Shown one piece after another: positions 17,628 through 27,315 of a DNA stretch of 64,000 nt; the stretch's first letter is position 1, and every line of letters starts with the position of its first letter. The position numbers and the translations under genes are program-made. The notes beneath the pieces are model-generated. The model did not search any database, was not told where the DNA came from, and saw only the letters and a list, made by a program, of their open reading frames with translations. This DNA comes from Candidatus Nomurabacteria bacterium (GTDB taxonomy: Bacteria; Patescibacteriota; Minisyncoccia; Phycocordibacterales; UBA9973), in assembly GCA_016199805.1 (NCBI GenBank), contig JACQGC010000013.1, positions 66,327-130,326 of the forward strand. Direction: 5' to 3'.

Positions 17628-18941
17628 TTACTTGGCGTAATTTATGGTCATTTTTATGTTTTTAGCCTTATCGGGAATAAATGTCTTCCAGATGGGGCTG
17701 ATGGTGAGTGTGGCGGAATCTATGTTCGGGTACTCTGATAATATTTTAGTAAAGTCCCCTTTTGATTTGCCGAGCAGGTCAGCGACAAATTTATTTGTGT
17801 CCAACTTCCAGACGATTTTGGCCGGACCGGACAAATTAAAATTTATGGTTTGCAGATTATTAAAAGAAATATTGTCTTTATTGGTAAGTGTAAAAGCCAG
17901 ATCCCGGATATTCGGTATATAAACGTCGCTACCGTCATATTTATCAATATTGTCTTGCGCAACTTTTTGGGTTAATTTTTTTTCATTAAACAAAATGCCG
18001 TAAAGTGTGGCATTCAAAGAGAGCACGGTGGCGCTCGTTCCTTTGTCGAGCGTCGAAGTAATATTTGGCAGATTATTCGCGTCATTTGTATCGAGGAAGA
18101 CTGCATCCTTGAAAAGCACGAAGCCGGCCGGAATTTGATTCGTCGCCTGAGACAAAAGCTTTGCTTGTAATGCTGTCTTTAAATCGTTTACTGCCGACAC
18201 ATTGTCGGCTCCGGAAACATCAGGAACACTTCCGACAAATCCCCCGGTTATTTCTCCCTTAGATCTGCCATAAATTTTTGCGTATTTTGGAGTTCCCTTG
18301 AAACCAAAAATTTTAAAATCTAGCGGCCCACTGTTGTATTCCACTCCGGCTGCCGAACCATAAATTTTTACCTCGACGGACCCGGGAACCCCGCTTTTAC
18401 TCATGCCCGGCACAATTGTCCTCGTGAGTGTTTTGTATATTTTGCCGTTTGAACCTTCCAGCCGCGTATCTATGTCGAGTGCTTGGGAGGAGGAACTGAA
18501 AGCGTTGTAGATTACGGCAACACCGGTGGCTTTTACCGATACATTCTTTTCACCAAGTGTCTGAACTGTTGTACTTTCACTGCCTTCGATAACCACTAAA
18601 TCAAATGGTAAAGTGTCGGCACTAGTGTCTTTGCTGGCGGATAAGTTTTCGTTTAAAACCACACTTTTTGTTTTTTGGTTTACGACGACTTCGGCCTTTG
18701 AGAACAAAAAAGAAAAAGCAAAAAAGCAAAAAATTACGGAGACCAGAGCCACAAACCAAAGCATATACTTACTTCCTTTTTTATTTTCATTTGTGGCGGT
18801 TTTTCTAACTTCAAATATTACCCGTTCCTCATTTTGAAAAATCGGCTTTTCTTTTTCTTTTATATTTTCTCTTGGCTTTTCTATTATTTTTTTATTGATA
18901 TGTTTTACCTTCACCATATCTTTCAATAATTGTTTGGCCAT
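17628..18941 (-). CDS. CPR membrane protein with baseplate-J-like domain
   Basis: Single TM, KATG.AVIYN, VPG....PGSVEV, G.EYN, ITGG; downstream of the FtsA-like gene. Confidence 0.6.
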   Translation of the reverse strand: MAKQLLKDMVKVKHINKKIIEKPRENIKEKEKPIFQNEERVIFEVRKTATNENKKGSKYMLWFVALVSVIFCFFAFSFLFSKAEVVVNQKTKSVVLNENLSASKDTSADTLPFDLVVIEGSESTTVQTLGEKNVSVKATGVAVIYNAFSSSSQALDIDTRLEGSNGKIYKTLTRTIVPGMSKSGVPGSVEVKIYGSAAGVEYNSGPLDFKIFGFKGTPKYAKIYGRSKGEITGGFVGSVPDVSGADNVSAVNDLKTALQAKLLSQATNQIPAGFVLFKDAVFLDTNDANNLPNITSTLDKGTSATVLSLNATLYGILFNEKKLTQKVAQDNIDKYDGSDVYIPNIRDLAFTLTNKDNISFNNLQTINFNLSGPAKIVWKLDTNKFVADLLGKSKGDFTKILSEYPNIDSATLTISPIWKTFIPDKAKNIKMTINYAK

Positions 18942-18945
18942 ATGT

Positions 18946-20118
18946 TTATCTGTTTGCTAAAAAACGGCTGATATAAATAGAGTCGACAACGAGGCCGGAA
19001 TCGCGAACTACCGATTCTTCGAACACGGCTAGACCGTGAAGCATTTGGGTATCTAAAAATATGACCTCAAATTTTGATTCCGTTAGGCTGTATTGATTGA
19101 ATTGTTCTGTTTTAATTGTCTCTGAGAATAAATCGGCTATTTCTTTATCTATGGTTATATAAATAACCGACGGAATAGAAATGTCACCGGAGATGTTGGA
19201 CAGAGATTCCTGAAAACTTTTGAGCCATGTCTCCTTCAACTGGCCCGTAATCGGCATAATTTTTTTAGCCAAACTATCTTCCGCGTGACCATCTTTTAAA
19301 AGAGAAATTATTGAGTTCGCTTCATCTAAGGTAGCACCCAGTCCGGAAGCTACCCCGCGTGTCAAAAAATTGCGACCCAAAGGGAACGATATGGACTCGC
19401 GTAGGATGCTCTTCTTTATCATAAAAATATCCGTCACCTCTCCGCCGATATCAACCAAAATAAAACTTTCCTGTTCCGGGTGAATATCACGCAGAACGGC
19501 GAAAGAAGCCATGGCCAAAGAAGAAAATTTTATCAATTTAAAATGAAAGTGTTGGCTTATGGTGTCTTCAACTTTTTTCAAAAATTGTTCTCCACTTACA
19601 GAAATAAACACCGTCATTTGGAGCTCTTGTGCTTTTTGGTTGAGCGGGTTGCCGGTTTCATAACCGTTTAGCATCGTTTTTATATTCTTGAGTTCTATGA
19701 CGCGAGCTAATGGCCCATATTTTGCCAAGTTTTCTTCCTTAAAAATTTTTATTTCTTTCTGAACCAATTCATCGGCCAGCTTTGCAGTAAAAACAAAAGG
19801 TGTATTTTTCTTGAGATTAATCATCCGTGTCTGGGATGCATACCAAGGAGAAGAAAGAACGCAAAAAGTTTGACTGGGAGCCCCTAAATGAGCCTGATAA
19901 ACTTTATGAGAAACAATCTCCAGTGTTTGGATAGTCAAAGACTGCAACCGTTCAATGTCGGTTTTTTCTTCGAGAGGTATCGGTTCCGTAACAGAGAAGA
20001 TTATTTTTGGAGTCCCTGATTTTTGGATAAAAAAAAGCGCTCCTCCCACCGAGGAAGACCCAATATTAAAAACCAACATCAATTCATCTTTTTCTTTAGG
20101 TTTGGAAAAGATACTCAT
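18946..20118 (-). CDS. actin-fold FtsA/PilM-like protein
   Basis: FNIGSSSVG, ILVDIGGEVTD, SFPLGRN.LTR. Confidence 0.65.
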   Translation of the reverse strand: MSIFSKPKEKDELMLVFNIGSSSVGGALFFIQKSGTPKIIFSVTEPIPLEEKTDIERLQSLTIQTLEIVSHKVYQAHLGAPSQTFCVLSSPWYASQTRMINLKKNTPFVFTAKLADELVQKEIKIFKEENLAKYGPLARVIELKNIKTMLNGYETGNPLNQKAQELQMTVFISVSGEQFLKKVEDTISQHFHFKLIKFSSLAMASFAVLRDIHPEQESFILVDIGGEVTDIFMIKKSILRESISFPLGRNFLTRGVASGLGATLDEANSIISLLKDGHAEDSLAKKIMPITGQLKETWLKSFQESLSNISGDISIPSVIYITIDKEIADLFSETIKTEQFNQYSLTESKFEVIFLDTQMLHGLAVFEESVVRDSGLVVDSIYISRFLANR

Positions 20119-20151
20119 GCAATAATTATAACATATATGGGAAGGAAAAAA

Positions 20152-21891
20152 CTACAAAAGTACTGCTTTTATACGCCTAATTCCCTGCGCCACTGCTTCT
20201 TCTTTTAAAATCTTAAAAGTGCCAAGCTCGCTGGTATTTTTCACATGCGGCCCGCCACAAAATTCCTTAGAAATGGGATTACCATCCTTGTCTTCAATAA
20301 AATACAGCGATACTACTTCCGGATATTTGGCGCCGAATTCCATTTCCGCGCCTACCTTTTGGGCTTCGGCCAAGGGCATTTCTTTGCGCACCACTTCCAG
20401 CCCCTGTTTTATTTTATCGTTTACCCAATCTTGAACTTTTTGTTTTTCTTCATCCGTCAGCTTGTGGTCGCACAAGAAGTCCATACGCAAGCGTTCTTTG
20501 GTGATATTACTTCCCCGCTGTTTGATGTTTTTGTCGACAATCGCCTGCAGTCCGGCCAAGAGTAAATGGTGTGCAGTGTGCAACCGAATAGTCTTTTCAT
20601 TATGGTTGGCCAAGCCGCCCTTGAACATACCGGCGCTCGATGTCTGAGAAAGTTTTTGATGTTCCGCCATTTTCTTTTTAAAATCTTCTAGGTCAACAGT
20701 CTGTCCTTTTTCCTTGGCAAGCTCAACCGTGAGTTCTATGGGAAAACCATAAGTCGTAAACAAAACAAACGGATCAATGCCTTTTTCAAATTCCTTTAAA
20801 CCTTGTAAAATAGTTTGATTAAATTTATTAGATTCAGCTATTATGACATCTTTTATGTGCTGAGATTTATCTTTTATATTTGTATATATATCACCATATT
20901 TGATTACAATCATGTCTACTAAAACTGATACTTCCTCATCTTTCATTCTATGATCAGAAAAACAAAATACAGCTCTACGTATTAACCTGCGAAGAACATA
21001 ACCTTGGTCTTTATTGGATGGAATTACACCATCAGAAATTAAAAAAACACTGGTTCTAATATGATCTGCAATAATTCTTTTTTTTCTAATGTCATGACCC
21101 ACGGGTATTAACACAGCACCAATGGAAGAAAACAAATCTGTATCATAAGCGGTTTGCTTGCCTTGCATTACGGCCGTGATGCGTTCTAGTCCAGCACCAG
21201 TGTCTACATTTTTTTGTTTTAATTTTCCAATTACTTTTCCATCTTTCTTTTCAAATTCCATAAAAACATCATTCCAGATTTCTATCACAGTTTCTTTTTT
21301 TAACGCTTCCAAAAATTTCTCTTTATTTAAATCTCCCACATTGCCGGACATGTCGTAAAACATTTCACTGCAAGGTCCACATGGACCATTGTCTCCTGGG
21401 CTCCACCAGTTGTCGTCTGCGGGCAGCGCATATATGCGGTTTTCGGGAATTCCGCAATTCACCCATATATCTTTTGATTCCTGGTCAAAAGGAGCATTTT
21501 CGTCACCTTCAAATATTGTAAAATATAAGCGATTCACATCGAGACCTAAGCCTTCTTCTTTGGAAGTCAAAAATTCATAGCTCCATTTGATAGCATCTTG
21601 TTTAAAATAATCTCCGAGAGACCAATTGCCCAACATTTCAAAAAAAGAAAAATGGCGATTGTCACCAATATCATCCAAATCGCCGGTTCTCACGCACTTT
21701 TGAACATCGACGATTCTCTTGCCCATGGGATGCTCTTGCCCCAAAAGGTATGGCACGAGAGGTTGCATACCCGCAGTATTAAAAAGCACCGAAGGATCAT
21801 TCTCAGGCACCAGCGAAGCCGAAGGAATAATTTTATGCCCCCGAGCTTCAAAAAACTTTAAAAATTTTGTTCTTATTTCGTCTGACTGCAT
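20152..21891 (-). CDS. alaS: alanine--tRNA ligase (short form, no C-Ala domain)
   Basis: DPSVLFNTAGM, FFEMLGNWS.GDYFK, GPCGPCSE, DTGAGLER, HTAHHLL, EFCGGPHV, GIRRIKA. Confidence 0.97.
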   Translation of the reverse strand: MQSDEIRTKFLKFFEARGHKIIPSASLVPENDPSVLFNTAGMQPLVPYLLGQEHPMGKRIVDVQKCVRTGDLDDIGDNRHFSFFEMLGNWSLGDYFKQDAIKWSYEFLTSKEEGLGLDVNRLYFTIFEGDENAPFDQESKDIWVNCGIPENRIYALPADDNWWSPGDNGPCGPCSEMFYDMSGNVGDLNKEKFLEALKKETVIEIWNDVFMEFEKKDGKVIGKLKQKNVDTGAGLERITAVMQGKQTAYDTDLFSSIGAVLIPVGHDIRKKRIIADHIRTSVFLISDGVIPSNKDQGYVLRRLIRRAVFCFSDHRMKDEEVSVLVDMIVIKYGDIYTNIKDKSQHIKDVIIAESNKFNQTILQGLKEFEKGIDPFVLFTTYGFPIELTVELAKEKGQTVDLEDFKKKMAEHQKLSQTSSAGMFKGGLANHNEKTIRLHTAHHLLLAGLQAIVDKNIKQRGSNITKERLRMDFLCDHKLTDEEKQKVQDWVNDKIKQGLEVVRKEMPLAEAQKVGAEMEFGAKYPEVVSLYFIEDKDGNPISKEFCGGPHVKNTSELGTFKILKEEAVAQGIRRIKAVLL

Positions 21892-21900
21892 TTTGTATTT

Positions 21901-22350
21901 TTATTCGGAAATTTTTCTAATTGGTCGCTCTAGTATGTTCACTAAAATCAATATAAGGAGGACAAGAATGGTAACGACAAAAGCCAAATCATAAAATCCC
22001 AAGCCCGCAGCCATGCCTATCCCCGCCGTAACCCAAAGCCCACCCGCCGTAGTCAGCCCTCGGAGCTGAGAACCATATACCATTATCGAACCGGCGCCTA
22101 AGAAACCAATGCCGACAATTATCTGGCCCGGAATCATAGTCGGGCTTAGCCCCGGGAGATTTATATATTTCTGTACCATCGCTTCCGAAATCAAAACAAA
22201 CACCGCTGAGCCCAAAGCGACAAGGGCGTGAGTTTTCATACCTGCGTCCTTATGCACAAAAAGTCTTTCCGCTCCTACGACAAGCCCGAGTCCCACAGCA
22301 ACCGTTAACCTCAAAACCATTTCACCGTTTTGTGCAAAAAATTGTTCCAT
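21901..22350 (-). CDS. MgtC/SapB family membrane protein
   Basis: GAER..HKDAGMKTH, GIGFLGAG, GLTTAGGLWVTAGIGMAAG; ATG at 22350 preferred. Confidence 0.9.
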   Translation of the reverse strand: MEQFFAQNGEMVLRLTVAVGLGLVVGAERLFVHKDAGMKTHALVALGSAVFVLISEAMVQKYINLPGLSPTMIPGQIIVGIGFLGAGSIMVYGSQLRGLTTAGGLWVTAGIGMAAGLGFYDLAFVVTILVLLILILVNILERPIRKISE

Positions 22351-22470
22351 GGTTAAATTATATCCCGAACTAAAATTTTTAGCAATATTTAGTACGGGAC
22401 TACGCAACCACTCCGCCGCCTAGGCTATAATATTTGTTTTATAGTAATATAGTCTTTTAGTTATAGAGTA

Positions 22471-23274
22471 TTACGTACTTTTTTTGGTTATCGTAAAACC
22501 ATGCCTTTCACCCAAGGTATAAAACACTGCGCCGTCATGATAGCCTATCTCTTCTCCATTCTCATTTAACACTTTTCCTTTTTTTGATTTTATATAATGT
22601 TTTAAAAACTCTTTCAAATCAACCGCGCCCAAAAAGCATATTCCTTGACTGTCTTTTTTCTCCGCCACCGGCAAGTTAAATTTCTTCGCCAACTTGCGAA
22701 CTTCGGTCTTCTCCAAATTCCCAACCGGAAAAATAATTTTTTTTAATTGTTCTTGTCTGAGAGTCCAAAGAAAATATGCCTGATCTTTGGAAGGATCAAC
22801 GCCTTTAACTAAAAGCGTTTTCGGCGCAGAATTTCTCGGCATTACTCCACCCTTCGGGCGGAACCTTCCGCCTTCAAAATTCTGTGTCGAAAACGCTTTA
22901 GCATAGTGCCCCGTGGCCACATAGTCAGCCCCCATCGCTAGAGCTTTTTTGAGAAATGCTCCGAATTTCACTTCTTTGTTGCACATTACATCCGGGTTTG
23001 GCGTACGTCCCGCTTTGTACTCGCGTATCATATAGTCGGCCACTTCTTTTTTATAAACATCTACCAAATCAAAGGTGAAAAATGGAATATCCAAAAAAGC
23101 AGCCACCCGCATGGCGTCCAGGCGTTCTTCCTCTTCGTTGCAGACCAAGAAATCCGGATGCCAGGTTTTGATAAAAACCCCGACGACTTCATAGCCGGAT
23201 TTTTTCAAGAGCGCCACCGATACGGCGCTGTCTACGCCGCCGGAAAGCCCCACAAATACTGTTTTCTTCTTCAT
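22471..23274 (-). CDS. mnmA: tRNA 2-thiouridylase MnmA, C-terminally truncated, with hairpin insertion
   Basis: SGGVDS, GRTPNPDVMCN, ATGHYA, KDQAYFL, KKDSQGICF; stops at GERHGFTITKKST. Confidence 0.85.
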   Translation of the reverse strand: MKKKTVFVGLSGGVDSAVSVALLKKSGYEVVGVFIKTWHPDFLVCNEEEERLDAMRVAAFLDIPFFTFDLVDVYKKEVADYMIREYKAGRTPNPDVMCNKEVKFGAFLKKALAMGADYVATGHYAKAFSTQNFEGGRFRPKGGVMPRNSAPKTLLVKGVDPSKDQAYFLWTLRQEQLKKIIFPVGNLEKTEVRKLAKKFNLPVAEKKDSQGICFLGAVDLKEFLKHYIKSKKGKVLNENGEEIGYHDGAVFYTLGERHGFTITKKST

Positions 23275-23283
23275 AAACAAACT

Positions 23284-23811
23284 TTATAGTTCCATGAGCT
23301 TTTTGTAAAGCTCATAGGTCGCGCGGGCGTCGGAAAGAGCGGTGTGAGCTCGTTCGTTGTTTATGCCAAAAAGCAAGCACAACTCCCGCAGAGAAAAATG
23401 TTCGAGTTTTGGGTCATTGTGCATTTTTGCCCAAGCGATGGATACTGTGTCCAGCCGATGATAATGCATGGTATTTGATATTTTTGTTTTATTGAAAGCG
23501 TATTCCAAAAATCCGGCATCAAAAGCGACATTGTGCCCGACCATGATACAATTTTTTACTTTCTCTGAAAAAACCTTCATGGCCTCCTTTAAAGTGCCGG
23601 CAGATTCCCAATCCGTAGAATCATAATGACTTACTTTCAAAGCCACCGGGTCGGCGGTTTCTATGTGCTCCGGTTTTATTTTTAATTCAAATTCCTCAAC
23701 CACTTTGAGCGACTCCGTCGTAATCACACAGCCGATTTGAATAATCTCATTATCAAGCAGATTGAGTCCGGTGGTTTCTATATCAATAAATGCAAAATTA
23801 TGTTTTCTCAT
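23284..23811 (-). CDS. DEDDh 3'-5' exonuclease (DnaQ-like)
   Basis: DIETTG, GHNVAFD, HTALSDA. Confidence 0.9.
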   Translation of the reverse strand: MRKHNFAFIDIETTGLNLLDNEIIQIGCVITTESLKVVEEFELKIKPEHIETADPVALKVSHYDSTDWESAGTLKEAMKVFSEKVKNCIMVGHNVAFDAGFLEYAFNKTKISNTMHYHRLDTVSIAWAKMHNDPKLEHFSLRELCLLFGINNERAHTALSDARATYELYKKLMEL

Positions 23812-23818
23812 GATTGTT

Positions 23819-24703
23819 TTATTTTCCAAGTAAATATTTTTTTATATTCTGATTATGCTCGGCAAAAGTTTTCGCATAGTGAATATTACCATTTTTATCA
23901 TGCAAGTAATAAAGATATGGTGAATTTTGAGGGCTAATAGCCGACTCGATAGCAAGTAAGCCCGGATTACCGATAGGATTTTTGGGCAAACCTTTTGTTT
24001 TGTAAGTCTCCGACGCCGCGTCTACCTGTAGCGGCATACCGATGGAAATTCTTTTCCACAAAATTCCGGCAATGACTGATCTGTCTGTGTCCCCTTTGGC
24101 TTCTCTTTCAATAACCGAGGCCATGGTTATAATATCTTTTTCGCTTTTACCGGACTGAACAATTACGGGAAGCAGAGGATATATTTTTTTATTAAAATTA
24201 TCGGTCATAGACTTTACCACGTCTTTGTCAGTCGTGTTGGTCAGGAAAAAATATGTATCGGGAAAAAGATACCCTTCCAAATCTTTTGTTTCCAGCAAAA
24301 ATTTCATTTTACTGAAATTTGCCAGCTTGGGAGCAGAGGCATCGGCAATCTGCTCTATATTGAAACCTTCTGGAATTGTCAGGGCTACGGGGGCCATATG
24401 GTGCTCCCCATTTGTGATACGGTAAGCCACTTGCCAGACAGGTATTTTATTTTCAAAAAAATAATTGGTGGAAATTATATGTTTTTCTCCTCTCATGGCT
24501 ATCATAAAAAATTCAAATACCACTCTCGAACGCACGATGTGCTCATTTTTCAAAAGAGCAGAAACACCGTGCAGACTCATGCCGGATTCTATGGAAATTA
24601 CCGTCTTTGGCGTAAAATCCGAAGGCGCGCTCAAAAAGAAAGAATAGAAAAATATCAAAAAAACAATCACGGAGAGCGTATAAAATATATTTTTATTCTT
24701 CAT
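23819..24703 (-). CDS. mltG: endolytic transglycosylase MltG
   Basis: TIPEG, LEGYLFPDTY, MASVIERE, MPLQVDA, GLP..PIGNPG, YLYYLHD. Confidence 0.92.
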   Translation of the reverse strand: MKNKNIFYTLSVIVFLIFFYSFFLSAPSDFTPKTVISIESGMSLHGVSALLKNEHIVRSRVVFEFFMIAMRGEKHIISTNYFFENKIPVWQVAYRITNGEHHMAPVALTIPEGFNIEQIADASAPKLANFSKMKFLLETKDLEGYLFPDTYFFLTNTTDKDVVKSMTDNFNKKIYPLLPVIVQSGKSEKDIITMASVIEREAKGDTDRSVIAGILWKRISIGMPLQVDAASETYKTKGLPKNPIGNPGLLAIESAISPQNSPYLYYLHDKNGNIHYAKTFAEHNQNIKKYLLGK

Positions 24704-24710
24704 AGTAAAA

Positions 24711-26108
24711 TTACGTAGGTAAATTTGTTGGTGGAGAAGCTTCTTTGGATTCGATACGTTCCAAGGTTGGAACTCGCATAATCTGACCCGGGAAGTGCCA
24801 CAATGTCGCCAACTCTTCGGTGTTTAAGACGAAAGTTTCAGGATGAAAATACGCTCTGACAAAGCCGGAAAATGGCCAAGGAATTCTGTGTTGATTAAAA
24901 AGATGATGCCTCAAAGGAAGATGAAAAAATGACCGTTCGCGATATTCATTCAGCATCCTGTTGGCTAAAAACATAACAGTCTCCGCGGATGCCGGAAATA
25001 CTCCACTGTATGCATCACCCTGGGTAGAGTTGTGACGAGATAAACCATTACAGTCCGGGGACTCATATTGACGAAAAATAAGACGAATGTCTTTCCGGCG
25101 ATTGACGGTGTAAACTTCTTTTTTGGCCGCGTAGAAAACACGGATACCTGTTTCAAAACCAAGCTTGGAAACTTTGGCAATCATGGCTTTTGAGACTCTG
25201 TCCAGATATGGCGGAACACGAACTTCAATTCTGGACGATTTAAGAAGTATGCCTGTATCTTGATCCTTTCTTTGGGAAGTGTAAGGAAGCATTAATTTAT
25301 GCCACTGCTCCCTAGCCTCTTCCGCCCAATCATGTTTACCAAACCAGGTATCTTTTGTCTTATATGTTTTTTTGGAAGGTGTGATAATAATTTGCGTCCA
25401 CGCCTGCTCGCCTTTTTGTAGTGACCCAAAAAATTCCACTAACGGAGAAATCGGGTCAACTTTGAATTCTTCTTTCGGATCTTTATCCAAACCGAAATCC
25501 ACATAGGTTTTGAGCGGGTAAGCTTCCGGTTTTGATAATTTAAATTCACAACCCCAGCCGTTCCAAGCGCTCTTGGGGGAAATCTCATCCACTCCCAAAG
25601 TGTAATCCTCTACCGCTTTGACTTGCGCCTGCGGGTACTGCGCATACATTTGGGTTTCGATGAGGCTACGCACACGCGTAGGCGTGCGGATGTAAAAATG
25701 CACTTGCCCGTCTATGGATGCAATCTCCAATGAAAACCAAAACCAAACGGCACCTTGCCAAAACTCTTCTTTGCCTCCCTTCATGCTGAAATGATAAAGA
25801 GCATTGGTGATAAAAAGCTCCATGGCTTTTGGGCTGCGCAAAACTTCACGCGGCGGAACTATTTCCAGTAAAACAAAATCTATCCCGGAAATGAAATCTT
25901 GCTGAATGTAATGCATCCACATAGCCCAAGCTATGCGACCGAGAACAATTACTCCGATTACCGGCAAGGCCCCTCTGATTATGGTGTATTGTAAATTGTA
26001 AACGAAAATAACGTAGACGATAATCGCTACCAATATCCACGCCCAATATTCTCTTATTCCCTCCTCGAGATTATCCCAAAAGCCCTTAGCTTCTTTTTTC
26101 TCAGCCAT
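24711..26108 (-). CDS. conserved CPR membrane protein resembling the N-terminal module of CPR VirD4-like ATPases
   Basis: Two TM, LLEIVPPRE..RSPKAME, FSLEIAS, YAQYPQA, LNTEELATLWHFP, PP.NLP C-terminus. Confidence 0.65.
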   Translation of the reverse strand: MAEKKEAKGFWDNLEEGIREYWAWILVAIIVYVIFVYNLQYTIIRGALPVIGVIVLGRIAWAMWMHYIQQDFISGIDFVLLEIVPPREVLRSPKAMELFITNALYHFSMKGGKEEFWQGAVWFWFSLEIASIDGQVHFYIRTPTRVRSLIETQMYAQYPQAQVKAVEDYTLGVDEISPKSAWNGWGCEFKLSKPEAYPLKTYVDFGLDKDPKEEFKVDPISPLVEFFGSLQKGEQAWTQIIITPSKKTYKTKDTWFGKHDWAEEAREQWHKLMLPYTSQRKDQDTGILLKSSRIEVRVPPYLDRVSKAMIAKVSKLGFETGIRVFYAAKKEVYTVNRRKDIRLIFRQYESPDCNGLSRHNSTQGDAYSGVFPASAETVMFLANRMLNEYRERSFFHLPLRHHLFNQHRIPWPFSGFVRAYFHPETFVLNTEELATLWHFPGQIMRVPTLERIESKEASPPTNLPT

Positions 26109-26152
26109 ACCTATATTTTAGTACAAAAACCAGAAAAATCAAAGCAAAATAC

Positions 26153-26237
26153 AACCCCTCCCTAACCCTCCCCTTATCATGGGAAGGAAAATACGTAGGG
26201 TTAGAAGTCCCCCTGACAAGGGGGATTTAGGGGGTTG
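26153..26237. repeat. REP-like inverted doublet (DUF559-associated family)
   Basis: ACCCCTCCCTAACCCTCCCCTTATCATGGGAAGG ... TCCCCCTGACAAGGGGGATTTAGGGGGTT. Confidence 0.75.
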
Positions 26238-26240
26238 CAT

Positions 26241-27269
26241 CTATGCGAGCACGTAAAGCCCGGCTTTGTTCTTTTTGAAATATTTTGGGTTGGCTAGGTT
26301 TACCAAGATGGTGTTTTTTTTGAAATATCTTTCTTTCATGACCTTGGATACTACATCATCTTTGGTCATCGGTCCTTCTCTCTTTAAAATATCCTCGATA
26401 ACCTCGCGGGCGATACCGGTCTTATAACCCCATTCCGCCAAAGCATACATGCCTCTGCCTACCAAAACAAAACGGGAGTCTTTAATAAGCTCGTTGTGGC
26501 AAGTAGCATAGTGAGTCTTTTTGCCGAAAGTTTTAGAAATGGAATCGGCAACTTCTTTGAAATGCATAGGAGAACCATGACGTCTCATGACCAGGAAAGC
26601 ATAATCTTTCACTCCGCGGGTACGGACGTTTGGAGAAGAAGCCTTGCCCCATTCACCCAGGCCGTTCTTGGCAATGGTTTTAGACATCGACAGCCACCTC
26701 TTAGCCATCTCTTCATCTCTGTACTCTTCGGAAACATCCTTGAGTTGGTCAAAAAATCTCTTAATCATTTCTGTTTCCGGGATAAGGTCTTCATCTTTCA
26801 AGCCTCCGTAAAGTTTGCGTAAAGCATCATGAACTTTGTCGGCTATCTCGTCATCTACGCTGTAACGCGTATGGAAATGTTCATCTTCGCGATGTTTCTT
26901 GAAAGCATCGCTTAATACCAAAAAGAAATGAATATGGTTTTGAGTGGTTTTATCTTTTGAAATATAAGGCAACAGTTCGTGTTCGGCCACAACCGAACCC
27001 AATTTGTGCATCAATGATTTTAATTCGTTGAAGACCGCTTGTTCATTTTTATAAGCATCGGATTTTTTTATAAGACTGATAGCCGCATCTTCAACCTGAC
27101 GAACTCTTTCGCGTGTAATGTTGTATTTCTTGCCGATTTCTTCCAAAGTTTTCCTTTCTCCTAGCCCGGAGAGACCGAAGCGGTTCATGATCACATCCGT
27201 GGCTCGGGGAGACAAATTTGAAGTTATTTTTTTGGTAACTTTTTTTGGTTTGAAAGATATTGTTGTCAT
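26241..27269 (-). CDS. sigma-70 region-4 HTH plus HARE-HTH (RNAP delta-like) protein
   Basis: RFGL...TLEEIGKKYNITRERVRQ; PMHFKEV, HNELIKDSRFVLVGRGMYAL.EWGY. Confidence 0.8.
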   Translation of the reverse strand: MTTISFKPKKVTKKITSNLSPRATDVIMNRFGLSGLGERKTLEEIGKKYNITRERVRQVEDAAISLIKKSDAYKNEQAVFNELKSLMHKLGSVVAEHELLPYISKDKTTQNHIHFFLVLSDAFKKHREDEHFHTRYSVDDEIADKVHDALRKLYGGLKDEDLIPETEMIKRFFDQLKDVSEEYRDEEMAKRWLSMSKTIAKNGLGEWGKASSPNVRTRGVKDYAFLVMRRHGSPMHFKEVADSISKTFGKKTHYATCHNELIKDSRFVLVGRGMYALAEWGYKTGIAREVIEDILKREGPMTKDDVVSKVMKERYFKKNTILVNLANPKYFKKNKAGLYVLA

Positions 27270-27315
27270 AATAATTTAGTTGAAAGTTATAATGTTTTTA
27301 AAGTTATTAAAAGTG

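Noticed and set aside
17628-18941. Prophage, suggested by the baseplate-J-like domain
   Set aside because: No other phage genes. It is paired with an FtsA-like gene in a core context typical of CPR.
22405-22425. tRNA-like 5' fragment GCCTAGGCGGCGGAGTGGTT (minus strand)
   Set aside because: No anticodon or T arm, and C at position 8. Too short to support a call.
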